A stretch of 64,000 nucleotides of DNA, taken from positions 1-64,000 of the IMG/VR virus record IMGVR_UViG_3300005095_000008. One strand, written 5' to 3'. Positions 8,592 through 19,439 of the stretch are shown piece by piece. The DNA is from a virus. The translations under genes were made by a program, and so were the position numbers. Under the pieces are notes generated by a model, which worked only from the letters and a program-made list of their open reading frames with translations, was not told the origin of the DNA and searched no databases. Position 1 is the first letter of the stretch, and each line of letters opens with the position of its first letter.

Positions 8592-10724
8592 ATGTTTTTT
8601 TCAGAACAATTTATGCTAGACACAATTAAGTTAGCAAAATCATTTGTGATATATTTACACGCAGAAGCGGTATCAGTAAATATAGAGTTGCAAAAGAAGT
8701 TCGGTACTACCTACCAATTTGAGAGTGAGAATATACTCACTTGGAAACACTATAAGAATATGATGGGTGAATTTCATGAGTTAGATACGATAACATTACC
8801 AGATGGTATTGACATCTTCGTACTCGAAATAGGTGAAACAAGAAAGTTAACAAAAGAGTTATTGGCAGAATATATTACAACACATGCAATTCTAAAAGAG
8901 ATGGATAAAGAGTATGACGAACTCATCGACAAGTATCCAGACTATGAGACATATATTAAAGGTGTTGTCTTTCCAGTTACGGAAGAACAAATTATTGAAG
9001 GTGTGGATGGTGAGATACTACAATACAATAGTAGATATGTAGAAGATCAAGAATACAGTCTTATTCGATCTGTAGAAGAACATTTAAAAAATCATATCGC
9101 TAGATGGCATGTAGCAGAGTATACATTAACAGATGAATTCTATATACCTGCCCTTATTGCGAGCATTACGTCAATAGCAACATTAAAGATTATAAATCAT
9201 AGACTCTCTAAACATGGTACAGAAGAGGCACACTCTACAATCATTATAGAGCACTTTAAGTCTAACTTAGCGATTCATGACGTTACAGATGTATTAGAAG
9301 ATGATGTAAGGTTATGGCTTTATAAAAATATTCGTTATATAATCAAACATATTGGTAAAGATAGTACACTAGATCTAATCGTGAAAGAGATTCTTAATAA
9401 ATCTAGCATTTTAACGAAAGAAGTGCTTGTAAAAAATAGCTTACCATATAATTTCAACAAGACAGATCTTACAAAACCATCATACACAAAGAAAACAGAA
9501 AATCTATTCTATGCTGTAAATGGCGATGTCAATAACATTATTTCCAATATTGCAAATGATACATTGCTCTATAAAGAAGTAAATGAAGAAACGTATGGGA
9601 CACAAGATTTAATCTTACAAGATGAACGTTATAGAGACTATCTTAATAATGCTGTTTCTAACCCAACAAATACGTTAGAACGTACAAAGGTAATCACACT
9701 AGAGTATGCAAATGCGTTCAATGTCTTTCCAGCAAACATGCCAGAGATAACTATTGAGAATTGGTTATATATCGCACTCAAATTTAGTCATAATGCGTTT
9801 AAAACATTTAAGGATAGTAATACACAAATAAATTACTATCTAAATGAAACTGATGCAGCATTGCTCGTTATTAAACACTTAATGGTATTAGCAAATAGAG
9901 ATAATGTGCCTGTAGATAAAATTACGTTATCTAATGTGCCAGACTACAATTTTAGTATGGATAACCTTATTATAGCTAATGCTGACGTGAAAGAAGACAT
10001 TACACGCATAGTGAATAAGATTGAACCGTATACAGGCAACAATAGCAAAGAACATATAGAATCGATTATTGATTTTTATAATACATTATGGGTATATGCA
10101 AATGATGACGATAATCCGATTAAGCGTTCCGATGTCTCTCTCATTTATGAAAGAATACGAAAACCTGTGACTATTTCTATTTCAGACACACCACAAACAA
10201 TAAACGAGATTACAAGCAATATCTATTTCAATTATAATGCTGATTATGATTATCGTGTTTCTATTGTAGAACTCATTAAGACATTTACTGGAATTAATGT
10301 AGATAAATTTACAGAGATTGAAGATATACTCACAAAGTTTAAGAATCTTGTAGACAGATTAACATCATATACCACACAAATATTGACAGATAATGCATTC
10401 GCTACTGTAAGCGCAGCTGTTGAAGACGTGGGTATTCTTTCTGACGCAAACATTATGACAATTAAAGATGGTGCATTCTATTGTTTAAATATGGTAGACC
10501 ATAATCTAGAACTTGAGGTCAATAATCATATTGACCAGATTATCGTGAGTCAAAATACAATTGCGAATGCACAACTAAATAACACCATTCCACCAGAGTT
10601 ATCTATGGAGATTATTTCTGGAGACATTCGTGAATTGAAAGTAGAAACAATGAGTCGTATGACAGAGGCGACAAATACAAATTATCTACCACACTCACTC
10701 CCATATCCACTTTCAGGAAGTTAA
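8592..10724 (+). CDS. virion structural protein (phiKZ gp128-like)
   Basis: TWKHYKNMMGEFH, LWLYKNIRYI...GK and LTSYT motifs; start moved to ATG 8592 (AAAGGA SD). Confidence 0.7.
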   Translation: MFFSEQFMLDTIKLAKSFVIYLHAEAVSVNIELQKKFGTTYQFESENILTWKHYKNMMGEFHELDTITLPDGIDIFVLEIGETRKLTKELLAEYITTHAILKEMDKEYDELIDKYPDYETYIKGVVFPVTEEQIIEGVDGEILQYNSRYVEDQEYSLIRSVEEHLKNHIARWHVAEYTLTDEFYIPALIASITSIATLKIINHRLSKHGTEEAHSTIIIEHFKSNLAIHDVTDVLEDDVRLWLYKNIRYIIKHIGKDSTLDLIVKEILNKSSILTKEVLVKNSLPYNFNKTDLTKPSYTKKTENLFYAVNGDVNNIISNIANDTLLYKEVNEETYGTQDLILQDERYRDYLNNAVSNPTNTLERTKVITLEYANAFNVFPANMPEITIENWLYIALKFSHNAFKTFKDSNTQINYYLNETDAALLVIKHLMVLANRDNVPVDKITLSNVPDYNFSMDNLIIANADVKEDITRIVNKIEPYTGNNSKEHIESIIDFYNTLWVYANDDDNPIKRSDVSLIYERIRKPVTISISDTPQTINEITSNIYFNYNADYDYRVSIVELIKTFTGINVDKFTEIEDILTKFKNLVDRLTSYTTQILTDNAFATVSAAVEDVGILSDANIMTIKDGAFYCLNMVDHNLELEVNNHIDQIIVSQNTIANAQLNNTIPPELSMEIISGDIRELKVETMSRMTEATNTNYLPHSLPYPLSGS

Positions 10725-10729
10725 ACGAA

Positions 10730-10757
10730 CTATCAGTACCCATATGGGTACTGATAG
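10730..10757. terminator. palindrome between convergent genes
   Basis: ctatcagtacccatatgggtactgatag, a perfect palindrome. Confidence 0.7.
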
Positions 10758-10758
10758 G

Positions 10759-11424
10759 TTAAATGTTCACATCTAAGTGCATTGCTTTAAAGTAACTTCT
10801 AAGTGTTTTTGTTGCTCTGCTGTTAGTAGCGTACTTTTCAATATCTTTAATAGATACGTCTCCATATTTTGCAATGAAGGCGTTCATAGCTGTAGTAGCG
10901 CCTAAATCACCAGTTCTGGCAATCATTAGTTCATCCATTGCTGCTTTATAATTTTTACCTAAGAAGATAGATAACTCTTTACCAGTAATTTTCGTTGCTC
11001 TAGATGCACCTGATACCTGATCTGTTAAATGATTTCTAGAACGTGTATGTTCTGGTAATGATATCTTCTTTACCATATGCTGTGCCAATCGCTTGAAAGG
11101 CATGTAAAAAATAAGTGACTTTACAGACGAGAGTGTTTTCTTGTTTGTTCCTGGAATATAGGTTACGACTCTCTGAAATGGTTCGTACCCTAACTCTCTT
11201 GAAATATCTAAGTTCTTTTTCGTATCTAGTGGTAATTCTGTGCCATTTGGTACAATGATAGATAATGTTTTCTTTTTAGATCTCAATGCCTCCATAAACG
11301 CATGAAACTCTTTGTCGTTCATGTCTTTAAAAAGATCAACATATAATTTATGATTGGCGTTTCCGCCAATCTTCTTAATGTACTTTAAAATTGTCTCTTC
11401 CGCTTTCTTTCTTTTTGGAGTCAT
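10759..11424 (-). CDS. virion RNA polymerase beta-subunit C-terminal fragment (phiKZ gp149-like)
   Basis: 221 aa; KRLAQHMVKK...NHLTDQVSG.S....I...E...EL...R.GD resembles the RpoB C-terminus (QPxxG..E..E.LT..SDD region). Confidence 0.75.
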   Translation of the reverse strand: MTPKRKKAEETILKYIKKIGGNANHKLYVDLFKDMNDKEFHAFMEALRSKKKTLSIIVPNGTELPLDTKKNLDISRELGYEPFQRVVTYIPGTNKKTLSSVKSLIFYMPFKRLAQHMVKKISLPEHTRSRNHLTDQVSGASRATKITGKELSIFLGKNYKAAMDELMIARTGDLGATTAMNAFIAKYGDVSIKDIEKYATNSRATKTLRSYFKAMHLDVNI

Positions 11425-11436
11425 AAACTACTCCTA

Positions 11437-12237
11437 TTATAAATATGGAACTAGGATATCATCAAGTTGAATACTGCCGATATACGTTAATCTATAGTTT
11501 TTTCTATCATTACGATGTAACAGATGCGCTGCCTGTTTCATATCGTCGCCAAACAAACCTCTTGTAGATCCAAAACTAACGAGTTCTACCAATTTACCAA
11601 AGTGCCCTTCGATATACCTATCGTTAAATAGGATACCAGAGTTATTAACTGCGTATTCATCAAACGTATTTGGCAACACCATTACGTGTGTTTTAAGGCC
11701 TTCGATATCCTGTGGTGTTGGAAATGCAGACGGTCTCTTATCAAGTGTCATAAAACCAGTTTCGCCTTCATCGAATTTCAAGAAAAGATTCGAATGGATC
11801 ATTTTACCAGCGACGATGAACTCTCTTGTTTTCAAAGAATCGCCAATAGTGTTTTGGTCAAACATTTGAGACACATCAGGAATAGCAATAATATCTTTAA
11901 ATTTAGCATCGTAGTAGTAGTATTCGATCGTTTTACGCAGCGTGAATTCCGCATGACCAATATAAATAAAACGATCTGTATCTTCTGGGTCTACAAGGTA
12001 GTTCTTAACCTCTGATGGATCTTTTTTTGCTGTGAATTTAGATTCTACCGCTAAGTTGTATACCACATCTTTTGCTGTTGTCTCGCCAGAAGTTGTGTTG
12101 CTACCAACACCCTCTGATTGTGATAGATGGAGTACTGGAACAACACCTTTTAATTCGATGGTGATGCTAATGTCATTACTAATATCTTTAGACCCGCCAT
12201 CGATGGCGAGCTTTGCTTTACGTGTTTTATAATCCAT
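11437..12237 (-). CDS. hypothetical protein
   Basis: 266-aa ORF with AAAGGA SD. Confidence 0.75.
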   Translation of the reverse strand: MDYKTRKAKLAIDGGSKDISNDISITIELKGVVPVLHLSQSEGVGSNTTSGETTAKDVVYNLAVESKFTAKKDPSEVKNYLVDPEDTDRFIYIGHAEFTLRKTIEYYYYDAKFKDIIAIPDVSQMFDQNTIGDSLKTREFIVAGKMIHSNLFLKFDEGETGFMTLDKRPSAFPTPQDIEGLKTHVMVLPNTFDEYAVNNSGILFNDRYIEGHFGKLVELVSFGSTRGLFGDDMKQAAHLLHRNDRKNYRLTYIGSIQLDDILVPYL

Positions 12238-12265
12238 AATTGTCCTTTAATCGTGTTTCATCATT

Positions 12266-13723
12266 TTAAACGGATTTCTCTTCGAAGTGATGTCTCCACT
12301 CCTTCTTCACAGTCTTCTTATCATCTTCTAACCAATATGGATGGTATTCGCCTTTTCGCATCTTAAAAAGATCTAAGACTGATAAGAACGGCAGGTAATC
12401 TTTACGGTACTGGTCAATAGTCCACCATCCTCGTGTATTTAATAGTGTCTTCCATTCATAACCAGCTTTTTGAATATCTTCATAGAGTTCTTCTGGTGTA
12501 CACCACAGACCTATTGCTTTGTATTGTGGCATATATTTTTCCATTTGTAACATTTGCGCAAGAATCTCTACAGAACGAACGAGTTGTTCATTCGTATCTA
12601 ACTTATCTCTAACTGTTGTTCTAGAGAGCGATACATCTGGTAAGAATACTGTCGCATAGTTTCTATCGTTACCAATAAGACCATACCGTTTGTTACTCTT
12701 AATGAAGTGGAAATATGTAAGCGGCATAAGAATACCGTCTGATTGAGAGACTACCAATTCAATTGTAATACCGCTAGCACCAGACTTAGACCGAAGTAGT
12801 GTTAGTTTTACAGTATTCAAATCTGTCTCTTGTAAGTCTAACTCTTTACCTCTTGGGTACTCTGGTAGTTTAGTCGCTTGGTTTTTCAATACAGAAGCAG
12901 TATGCGCATACCAAGCAGTAAGTAGTAGATAATTAAATTTACCAGTAGATCCTTTTACCTTCATTTCAGATTTCATATACTGCAAATCTTTCTCTGGTCT
13001 ACTGTATTTGTTACCACCAATCTCATTATCTTTTCCAATGTGTGCTGTAATCAATAGATTCACATTACCGAGTCTTGTTAATCTTGGCTGTTCTCCCATA
13101 AACTTAGATTTAAACAATCCACTTCTTAAGTAATAAGTAGCGGTATCGTTATCATCTTTTGTAGACTTTGCTAACATACTCATACTTGTTTCTGATTCAA
13201 ACTCTGTAAAAGAGTCTATTTCTACAAATGACGGATATTTGTTCTCATAGGTATTGCCGCTAAACTGATCTGTAAATGCGGTATACTTTACAGGTTTCTC
13301 TTTTTCTTTCTCTTTAATCAAGTCTCTGTAAGCTACGACCCATTTGTCAGCAGGAAAGTCTGCTTTCGTGATAACGTCCCAACTTGGCTCTTCTCCCTCT
13401 AGTAAAGTAGGAGATAGATACTTTGCGTGTCTTGCGAGTGCTTTCAGTCTAGCAAACTTTACATTCATCTCTGTATCGTATGTGTGCAAATACGGATCTT
13501 TATCAGTTTTGACGCGATCTGCAGCTGTAATCATCATATAGTGTATGATTGTAGATTTATAGCTATTTCCTGGCCCAATAACGCCAACGATAGAATCTAA
13601 CCCACCGTTAATAATGTTTTCTTTTCTCTTGCCTGTGATATAAATACCTGTAGGTATATCAAAAATACCAATATTAATCAAAATGTTCTCTACAGTTTCA
13701 CGCTTTAAATGCATTCGTGCCAT
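12266..13723 (-). CDS. uvsX: UvsX/RecA-like recombinase (phiKZ gp152-like)
   Basis: FDIPTG, P-loop GPGNSYKST, YDTE, Walker B VEIDS, LRSKSG.SG. Confidence 0.8.
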   Translation of the reverse strand: MARMHLKRETVENILINIGIFDIPTGIYITGKRKENIINGGLDSIVGVIGPGNSYKSTIIHYMMITAADRVKTDKDPYLHTYDTEMNVKFARLKALARHAKYLSPTLLEGEEPSWDVITKADFPADKWVVAYRDLIKEKEKEKPVKYTAFTDQFSGNTYENKYPSFVEIDSFTEFESETSMSMLAKSTKDDNDTATYYLRSGLFKSKFMGEQPRLTRLGNVNLLITAHIGKDNEIGGNKYSRPEKDLQYMKSEMKVKGSTGKFNYLLLTAWYAHTASVLKNQATKLPEYPRGKELDLQETDLNTVKLTLLRSKSGASGITIELVVSQSDGILMPLTYFHFIKSNKRYGLIGNDRNYATVFLPDVSLSRTTVRDKLDTNEQLVRSVEILAQMLQMEKYMPQYKAIGLWCTPEELYEDIQKAGYEWKTLLNTRGWWTIDQYRKDYLPFLSVLDLFKMRKGEYHPYWLEDDKKTVKKEWRHHFEEKSV

Positions 13724-13804
13724 GTTAATCCTTTAGGTTAATCTCAATATATACTCTACTTTAGAATTTATATTAAGTTGAATTAAACTATATAAAGGCT
13801 TGAG

Positions 13805-14659
13805 ATGAATTATGATCTATTAGCAGCATTAGAAGAGAAGAATATTAATTCTACTGCGTATGTAATTGCAATGGAAGAAGGTATATTTGATACAATTACT
13901 AGCGGTATTTTGAATACAGTACAGAATACTTCTAAATTGATTAGCAGGAAACGTTCAGTTTTAGTAGACCTACTCTATAGTGTAGGAACACTTTCTGAAC
14001 CAAAAGAGATTAAAAAATTCTTACATAAATCAAATAAGATTATTGACACTGTTCCATATATGGATGTAGCGGATGTATTGGTACCAAATTTCGTTGGTTT
14101 ACAAACTGATTTGAAGACACTTACAAAACTTGTAGAAAACTATTCTGTTGTTGTAGACAAGAAAGCATTTAAAGCACTTGACCATATTGATACAGTAATC
14201 TCTAATTTTATTGGTGACGAACAAACAAGAACATCGTTTAAACAAGACAAAGAAATCACGCTCCTAGATGATGAGTTTAATAAACCATTTAAAAAAGAGT
14301 TACAGGCTATGTTTGATCCTAAAGATAAATCAGAGACTGTGAAACTTTCTAAACTATTTAAGAGTAATAGTGATTTAAAAGATACGTTAACAATGTTGGT
14401 GAAGATCGATAATAGCATTAACGATAAAGACCTACTGAAGTTAAACAAACAAGTAGAAAAGATCAAAAAGAAAAGCGATATATTGTTGAAACTACTAGAG
14501 AGTGGGGAAGTAAAAGCATCTAAAGACGCATTGAACAATCTTGTAAAGTCTCTAGATACAACAGCAAACTTCTTGACAAATCTTTCTAATCTGTGGTATA
14601 CCTATTCAACGATTATGAACTTGGCACTAAAAGTAAAAGAGATTTACGAAACAGCATAG
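13805..14659 (+). CDS. virion head protein
   Basis: N-terminal ALEE/AMEE prohead-protease-type motifs; lies between UvsX and RNase H as in phiKZ-like phages. Confidence 0.6.
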   Translation: MNYDLLAALEEKNINSTAYVIAMEEGIFDTITSGILNTVQNTSKLISRKRSVLVDLLYSVGTLSEPKEIKKFLHKSNKIIDTVPYMDVADVLVPNFVGLQTDLKTLTKLVENYSVVVDKKAFKALDHIDTVISNFIGDEQTRTSFKQDKEITLLDDEFNKPFKKELQAMFDPKDKSETVKLSKLFKSNSDLKDTLTMLVKIDNSINDKDLLKLNKQVEKIKKKSDILLKLLESGEVKASKDALNNLVKSLDTTANFLTNLSNLWYTYSTIMNLALKVKEIYETA

Positions 14660-14687
14660 TATAGAGTACCGTATGGTACTCTATACT
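14658..14687. terminator. palindromic hairpin between convergent genes
   Basis: agtatagagtacc-gtat-ggtactctatact. Confidence 0.7.
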
Positions 14688-16055
14688 CTATTTGACTTTT
14701 AGTGGTATCTTATTCGCATTCAGATTACAGTAAATCATAGTTGCATTATCTGTCTCTACAATAACAGCAGTCTCTAGTAATACACCTGATTTAATCTCTA
14801 TGCGTAAAAAGACTTTAGGGTTTTTTGTTTCTAATCTCTTTAGAAAGTTTCTAGATGGTGTGTCTGTTCCTACAAAGATGTTAAACTTGAACTCACCTTT
14901 TAGTGGTTGTTTTACAACATCTTCTTTCTTAACAGAAATCTTAATCTTTTGTTTATCAGCGAGATCTGGATTGATAACTGTTTTCGTACCTGTTTGATAA
15001 AAGTGTTCTGTTAAATCAAGATAGTATGCTTTTTGTGTGTCTTGCTTATTTTGTTTTAGTAGTGTTTGTAAATCTGCACAATGTTGTGTCGCATAGATAG
15101 CTAGTCCTACAGGTTTTACTTCATAAGCAATGAGTTCTCCTAAAATAGAAGAGAGTTCTACTCTATCGTGTTTGGTTTCAATCGTATAGATATCTTCACC
15201 ATAGACTCCATAAATAGACACGACTTCTTTATTGTACATATTATCTAAATTAATAACAGAGACAACATTTTTATCACCGAGTGCTTTTCTGAATTGTCTC
15301 TTGAGTGTTTCTATTTCTTCTAATGGATAGCTAAACTTAATAGAGACAAACGCAGCGTATGATGTACGCAATCCAATTGGATCATCTTTTTTATAGTTTG
15401 CAAGGCAAGCAACAGTAGCATCTGTATCTGTCGTATTGAAAATAAGATATCTGAAATCTAACATGGTATCTTTTGTCTTTGCAGGCGTCCAATAATATTT
15501 TACATCAGATCGTTTATAGAATAATGTGCGTCCTGTCTTTAGACCAACAATTGTTCCGATATTGGCTCTCTGTAATCCAGCATTGATGTCGTAACTATAT
15601 ACACGTCTAAATGAGATTTGTTTTCGTTCTTCCATAGATATTAATTTCTTATACTGATTATCAGAGACATCAAAAGATAAACGTAACTCTTTGGAATCAT
15701 CTTTTAAGAGTTTAAACATTTTACCATCCATTGCTAATAGATGCACTTTGTCGAATTTAAAACGTTTAATGTATCTACTAATTGATGTAAGAATTCTAAC
15801 AAATAACTCATCTTTACCGCAGTTATATGTTTTATAGAAATCAAAAAAGAAACTAGGCACTACCTCTTTATGTTTAATTTTTTTAACATCTATCTTATTA
15901 ATATAACCAACATTAGATACTGTGGTATTTGTCGGTTTCTTTGCACTCTTTTTACCAATGCTATCTTTTTCGAAAAGATATCCATGTCCGCCAATGATAA
16001 ATGTTTGGTCTTCTTTCATCTTGATGTCGATATATACTACTAATGATTGTGACAT
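14688..16055 (-). CDS. RNase H-like protein (phiKZ gp155-like), divergent
   Basis: N-terminal VVYID..GGHGY, C-terminal G.DTP.RN.LKRL...P.V; size and synteny. Confidence 0.6.
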   Translation of the reverse strand: MSQSLVVYIDIKMKEDQTFIIGGHGYLFEKDSIGKKSAKKPTNTTVSNVGYINKIDVKKIKHKEVVPSFFFDFYKTYNCGKDELFVRILTSISRYIKRFKFDKVHLLAMDGKMFKLLKDDSKELRLSFDVSDNQYKKLISMEERKQISFRRVYSYDINAGLQRANIGTIVGLKTGRTLFYKRSDVKYYWTPAKTKDTMLDFRYLIFNTTDTDATVACLANYKKDDPIGLRTSYAAFVSIKFSYPLEEIETLKRQFRKALGDKNVVSVINLDNMYNKEVVSIYGVYGEDIYTIETKHDRVELSSILGELIAYEVKPVGLAIYATQHCADLQTLLKQNKQDTQKAYYLDLTEHFYQTGTKTVINPDLADKQKIKISVKKEDVVKQPLKGEFKFNIFVGTDTPSRNFLKRLETKNPKVFLRIEIKSGVLLETAVIVETDNATMIYCNLNANKIPLKVK

Positions 16056-16149
16056 TGCTTATCCCTTTATAGATTATTCACTAAAGTATAGCCATATAAA
16101 AATAAATAGGTTGACTTTAGATTGAAACCATTTATAGAAAAGGATACGT

Positions 16150-17670
16150 ATGAGTTATATTAGACCAAATATTGGAGATACAGGTGTATTTACATTAGCG
16201 ACTCCATATGATAGTATCGTATCAGATATTGAAGAGTATACAGTAGAATCTATTAGAGGTCTACAAGAGATGGTAGACGCTGGTGAAAACCCATTGCAAG
16301 TTGTATACTTAGACTTAGGTAGAACTGAAGAGGATATGAAAGACGATATTAACAATGAGATTAATATTGTAGTACTTGTAAACTCTGCTGGACAATACGC
16401 ATATATCCCAGAAGATGCGTTTATTAAAGCACCAGACGTGACTGGCATACAGTACCAAGAGAAAGCGATTGGTATTAGTTTAGGATTGCTAAAAGCAGAC
16501 ATAGATTTGGAATCGTTAAAAGACGATATTGCTGCCTATGTCAAGGACACGTTAGGTATTGTACCAGAAATTAAAGAAGTTGAAACATCTGCTATCGTCC
16601 GTCTTAATAAAAATACAAGAGAGAGTCTAGAACTTGAAAGAGAAGCATTACGTAAGAATAATCCATCTTTCAGAGCACGTTTCTTGATGTGTGAAGCAGA
16701 AAAAGAAAAACTCGCATCAGAGGTAAACAGATTAGGTTGCAGTCTCTCTAATTATCTTGCAGATGATATGAAAGCTATTTATGATAAGAACAAATATGCG
16801 ATCAATATTGAAGGAACGCTTGTAGATAACGCACAAACCATTGTGAGTGATTTAGATATTGGTAAATCTAAAGGTGTTGAATTTGATATTAATAGATACC
16901 TTGTGTTCGATAGAACAGATTCTAAATTAAAATTAATCTATACAAACACATACTCTGTTACTGTGCTAAAAGAAGTAGCATTTTCTAGTGATGTTGATTT
17001 AAGCTATACAGACGTTAATATTTATAAAACTATTAATGGTGTTATTGTTTATTTTTGGTACGCTGATAGACTAGTAACTGTTGGCTTTAACAATAATCTA
17101 GAAGAGACGATACAAATCAATGCTAGCGATCTTATAAATGAAAATATGTCTACTCCATCGCAAGTAAGAAATGACACAGTTGTGTTTCCGTACTTTGATG
17201 GTTCTGCTATCATGATTCGTTATACGACGCAGCGTATTGATGGCACACTTAGTATTGCAAACAAACAAGTATCTGGAGGTACTGTTAGCGGAGTATTAGC
17301 AAACACTGTAGGTCAATTAGCAGAACTAAAAAGCAATTCATTTGTAATATTTAAAAATGATGGCTGTAGACTTACGAAAGATGACTCTGATGAGTACACC
17401 TATATTGATAACAATGTCCGTCTAGAGACAACACCTAACTATAGATACTTTATGTCATTGGTTCCAGATCGATATGTCGTAACAAGAGAACGCACTGATG
17501 GAATAGAAGTTTTTATTGTTGATGAAACAAATACTATCGTATCTACAATTATACAAGTTCCGTATCAATATGATAAAACAGTTATCATAAACACACACGA
17601 TAAGTCTCTATTATTTATCAATCGAGAAAATACAGAAGAGCAATATCTATCGATTAAAAAAATAATTTAA
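16150..17670 (+). CDS. virion structural protein with C-terminal extension
   Basis: N-terminal P.IG..G.F.L..PY...Y.V..IR, YIP and P....Y....I..LG motifs typical of a phiKZ-like virion protein. Confidence 0.55.
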   Translation: MSYIRPNIGDTGVFTLATPYDSIVSDIEEYTVESIRGLQEMVDAGENPLQVVYLDLGRTEEDMKDDINNEINIVVLVNSAGQYAYIPEDAFIKAPDVTGIQYQEKAIGISLGLLKADIDLESLKDDIAAYVKDTLGIVPEIKEVETSAIVRLNKNTRESLELEREALRKNNPSFRARFLMCEAEKEKLASEVNRLGCSLSNYLADDMKAIYDKNKYAINIEGTLVDNAQTIVSDLDIGKSKGVEFDINRYLVFDRTDSKLKLIYTNTYSVTVLKEVAFSSDVDLSYTDVNIYKTINGVIVYFWYADRLVTVGFNNNLEETIQINASDLINENMSTPSQVRNDTVVFPYFDGSAIMIRYTTQRIDGTLSIANKQVSGGTVSGVLANTVGQLAELKSNSFVIFKNDGCRLTKDDSDEYTYIDNNVRLETTPNYRYFMSLVPDRYVVTRERTDGIEVFIVDETNTIVSTIIQVPYQYDKTVIINTHDKSLLFINRENTEEQYLSIKKII

Positions 17671-17672
17671 CG

Positions 17673-17698
17673 CATAGTGTACCATATGGTACACTATG
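17673..17698. terminator. palindrome between convergent genes
   Basis: catagtgtaccatatggtacactatg. Confidence 0.7.
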
Positions 17699-17700
17699 TA

Positions 17701-18285
17701 TTACTTTTTCATAAAATCTAAATCAATCGCTACTGCTTTACAGAAACGTATTGCTTGTGCTAAGAATGCTGTTTTTGATTTGTTACCTATTACATGCTGA
17801 TATTTCACTAACATATTCACTTTAGAGACATGTTCAGATTTAATCTCTACATCTTTACCTTCTGTTTTTAAGTTAAATGTAACTGCTTTATTATCGATTG
17901 TGAGCATTAACGCATAATCTCTTGCTGTAACTGTAAATGTATCTTTTGATACTTTCTCTTTTAAGCTACAATGTTTAAATGTATCATATTCAAAAAAGAC
18001 ACCAGAATCTTTCTGATTCAAAACTACATTTAGTAATAAGATATGTAACTTATCTAACATGTTATCTTCGTCAAATAGCAATGGTTTAAATGTGTAATCA
18101 TCACATAGACCTACATTGCTGTTTACATATTTATAGAAGTCATGTAATTCATTTACTTTATAACGTTCTTCTTTATGTTCTTTTGGTATAAATACATCCA
18201 CACCATTACAATTCTTAACAATAAATTCATCTTTAACAATTTGAAACCTAACTCGCATGTCTATCCTTTTATAAGTTTTATTCAC
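17701..18285 (-). CDS. hypothetical protein
   Basis: 194-aa ORF; start may be the ATG at 18258 (AAAGGA SD). Confidence 0.7.
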   Translation of the reverse strand: MNKTYKRIDMRVRFQIVKDEFIVKNCNGVDVFIPKEHKEERYKVNELHDFYKYVNSNVGLCDDYTFKPLLFDEDNMLDKLHILLLNVVLNQKDSGVFFEYDTFKHCSLKEKVSKDTFTVTARDYALMLTIDNKAVTFNLKTEGKDVEIKSEHVSKVNMLVKYQHVIGNKSKTAFLAQAIRFCKAVAIDLDFMKK

Positions 18286-18318
18286 ACTATAGGTATATTA
18301 AAAAATAAAAAAAGCAGC

Positions 18319-18342
18319 GTAGTGTACCGTATGGTACACTAC
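18319..18342 (-). terminator. hairpin plus T-tract
   Basis: gtagtgtacc-gtat-ggtacactac followed by a T-run on the minus strand. Confidence 0.7.
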
Positions 18343-18344
18343 AG

Positions 18345-18734
18345 CTATTTTAGCATATTTTCTATTTCTTTAGTAAGTTCTACTAGTTCTTCCATACCAG
18401 AATCCGGAAGGAATTTACTAGCGTGTTTCATGATAACTTGACTAATTTTCGTAGCTATTGGCGAGTAAGTCTTGATAAAGTCTTCCTCGATACCTATGAT
18501 TGCGTCACTCAAGTCATCGCCTTCTAGTCCAACTGTATTTTCTGTTAGACCGTTAAAGATGTCTTTAAGGACCTCATGCGTTGCTTTTGCTTCTGCAATA
18601 AGTACGTCTACCGCTTTTTGTTCAGACTCATCGTCGATGACGGTTTTTATAGCACCAACCATCTCGATGTTCTCCTCAAGCGCTTTTAGATTTTCTTCTA
18701 AATCAGCTTGAACGTCTTCCAGTACTACTGTCAT
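18345..18734 (-). CDS. acidic helical hypothetical protein
   Basis: 129 aa; SD present; several (A/G)-x-E motifs. Confidence 0.75.
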   Translation of the reverse strand: MTVVLEDVQADLEENLKALEENIEMVGAIKTVIDDESEQKAVDVLIAEAKATHEVLKDIFNGLTENTVGLEGDDLSDAIIGIEEDFIKTYSPIATKISQVIMKHASKFLPDSGMEELVELTKEIENMLK

Positions 18735-18758
18735 ATTTATCCTTTAGAATTTACTTCA

Positions 18759-19439
18759 TTATATACACACAACTGTATCGTTCTTTACATGGCCTATGTT
18801 TCTAATTCCATAGTTCTTGTCAAGTGTAACTAAGTGTAATGTGCTTCCAATAATGTCCTTTGCATGTTTTGATAGAATACTAGCGATATTTTGTGTTTCA
18901 TGCGCTTCTATCATGCCGTTTTGTTTTTGCACATACCGCAAATCTTTATCTAACTCGCTGTCTTTAGAGACTACGATTGTGACAGGCTCTACAAACCAGT
19001 ATATACCCATATCTTTACCACGTACTGGTTCAACATCTGCGATATCTGTATTGTCGAAATAACTGACTCCAAACTCTATTGTTTTGATAAATCGTTTAAA
19101 ATCATCATCGACAGAACGCTTTTGTTTTGTTAGCGCAATAAGATCTGTATAGTCGTTAAGAATACTATCTACCTTTACACTTCTACTAATGTTATTGAAA
19201 ACACGTGTTAGATGTTCATCAACCACATTGAGTGCTGCGTCATACTTACCAGTTGCAATAAAACTTTTTAGTTTTTGTTTAAACTCTTCAGGATTCATAT
19301 TGACGAGTATAGGTGTCACGACACTACCATACGAGAGTGTTTCCATGCTTGTATCTTCATTTAGCGTATTTACCACAGCAGCCATGAGAGTATTGTTTAA
19401 ACTCTCGCATCCATATCTTAGTTCTCTTAAGACTCTCAT
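18759..19439 (-). CDS. hypothetical protein
   Basis: 226 aa; TAATG-coupled to the upstream gene; AAGGAG SD. Confidence 0.75.
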   Translation of the reverse strand: MRVLRELRYGCESLNNTLMAAVVNTLNEDTSMETLSYGSVVTPILVNMNPEEFKQKLKSFIATGKYDAALNVVDEHLTRVFNNISRSVKVDSILNDYTDLIALTKQKRSVDDDFKRFIKTIEFGVSYFDNTDIADVEPVRGKDMGIYWFVEPVTIVVSKDSELDKDLRYVQKQNGMIEAHETQNIASILSKHAKDIIGSTLHLVTLDKNYGIRNIGHVKNDTVVCI

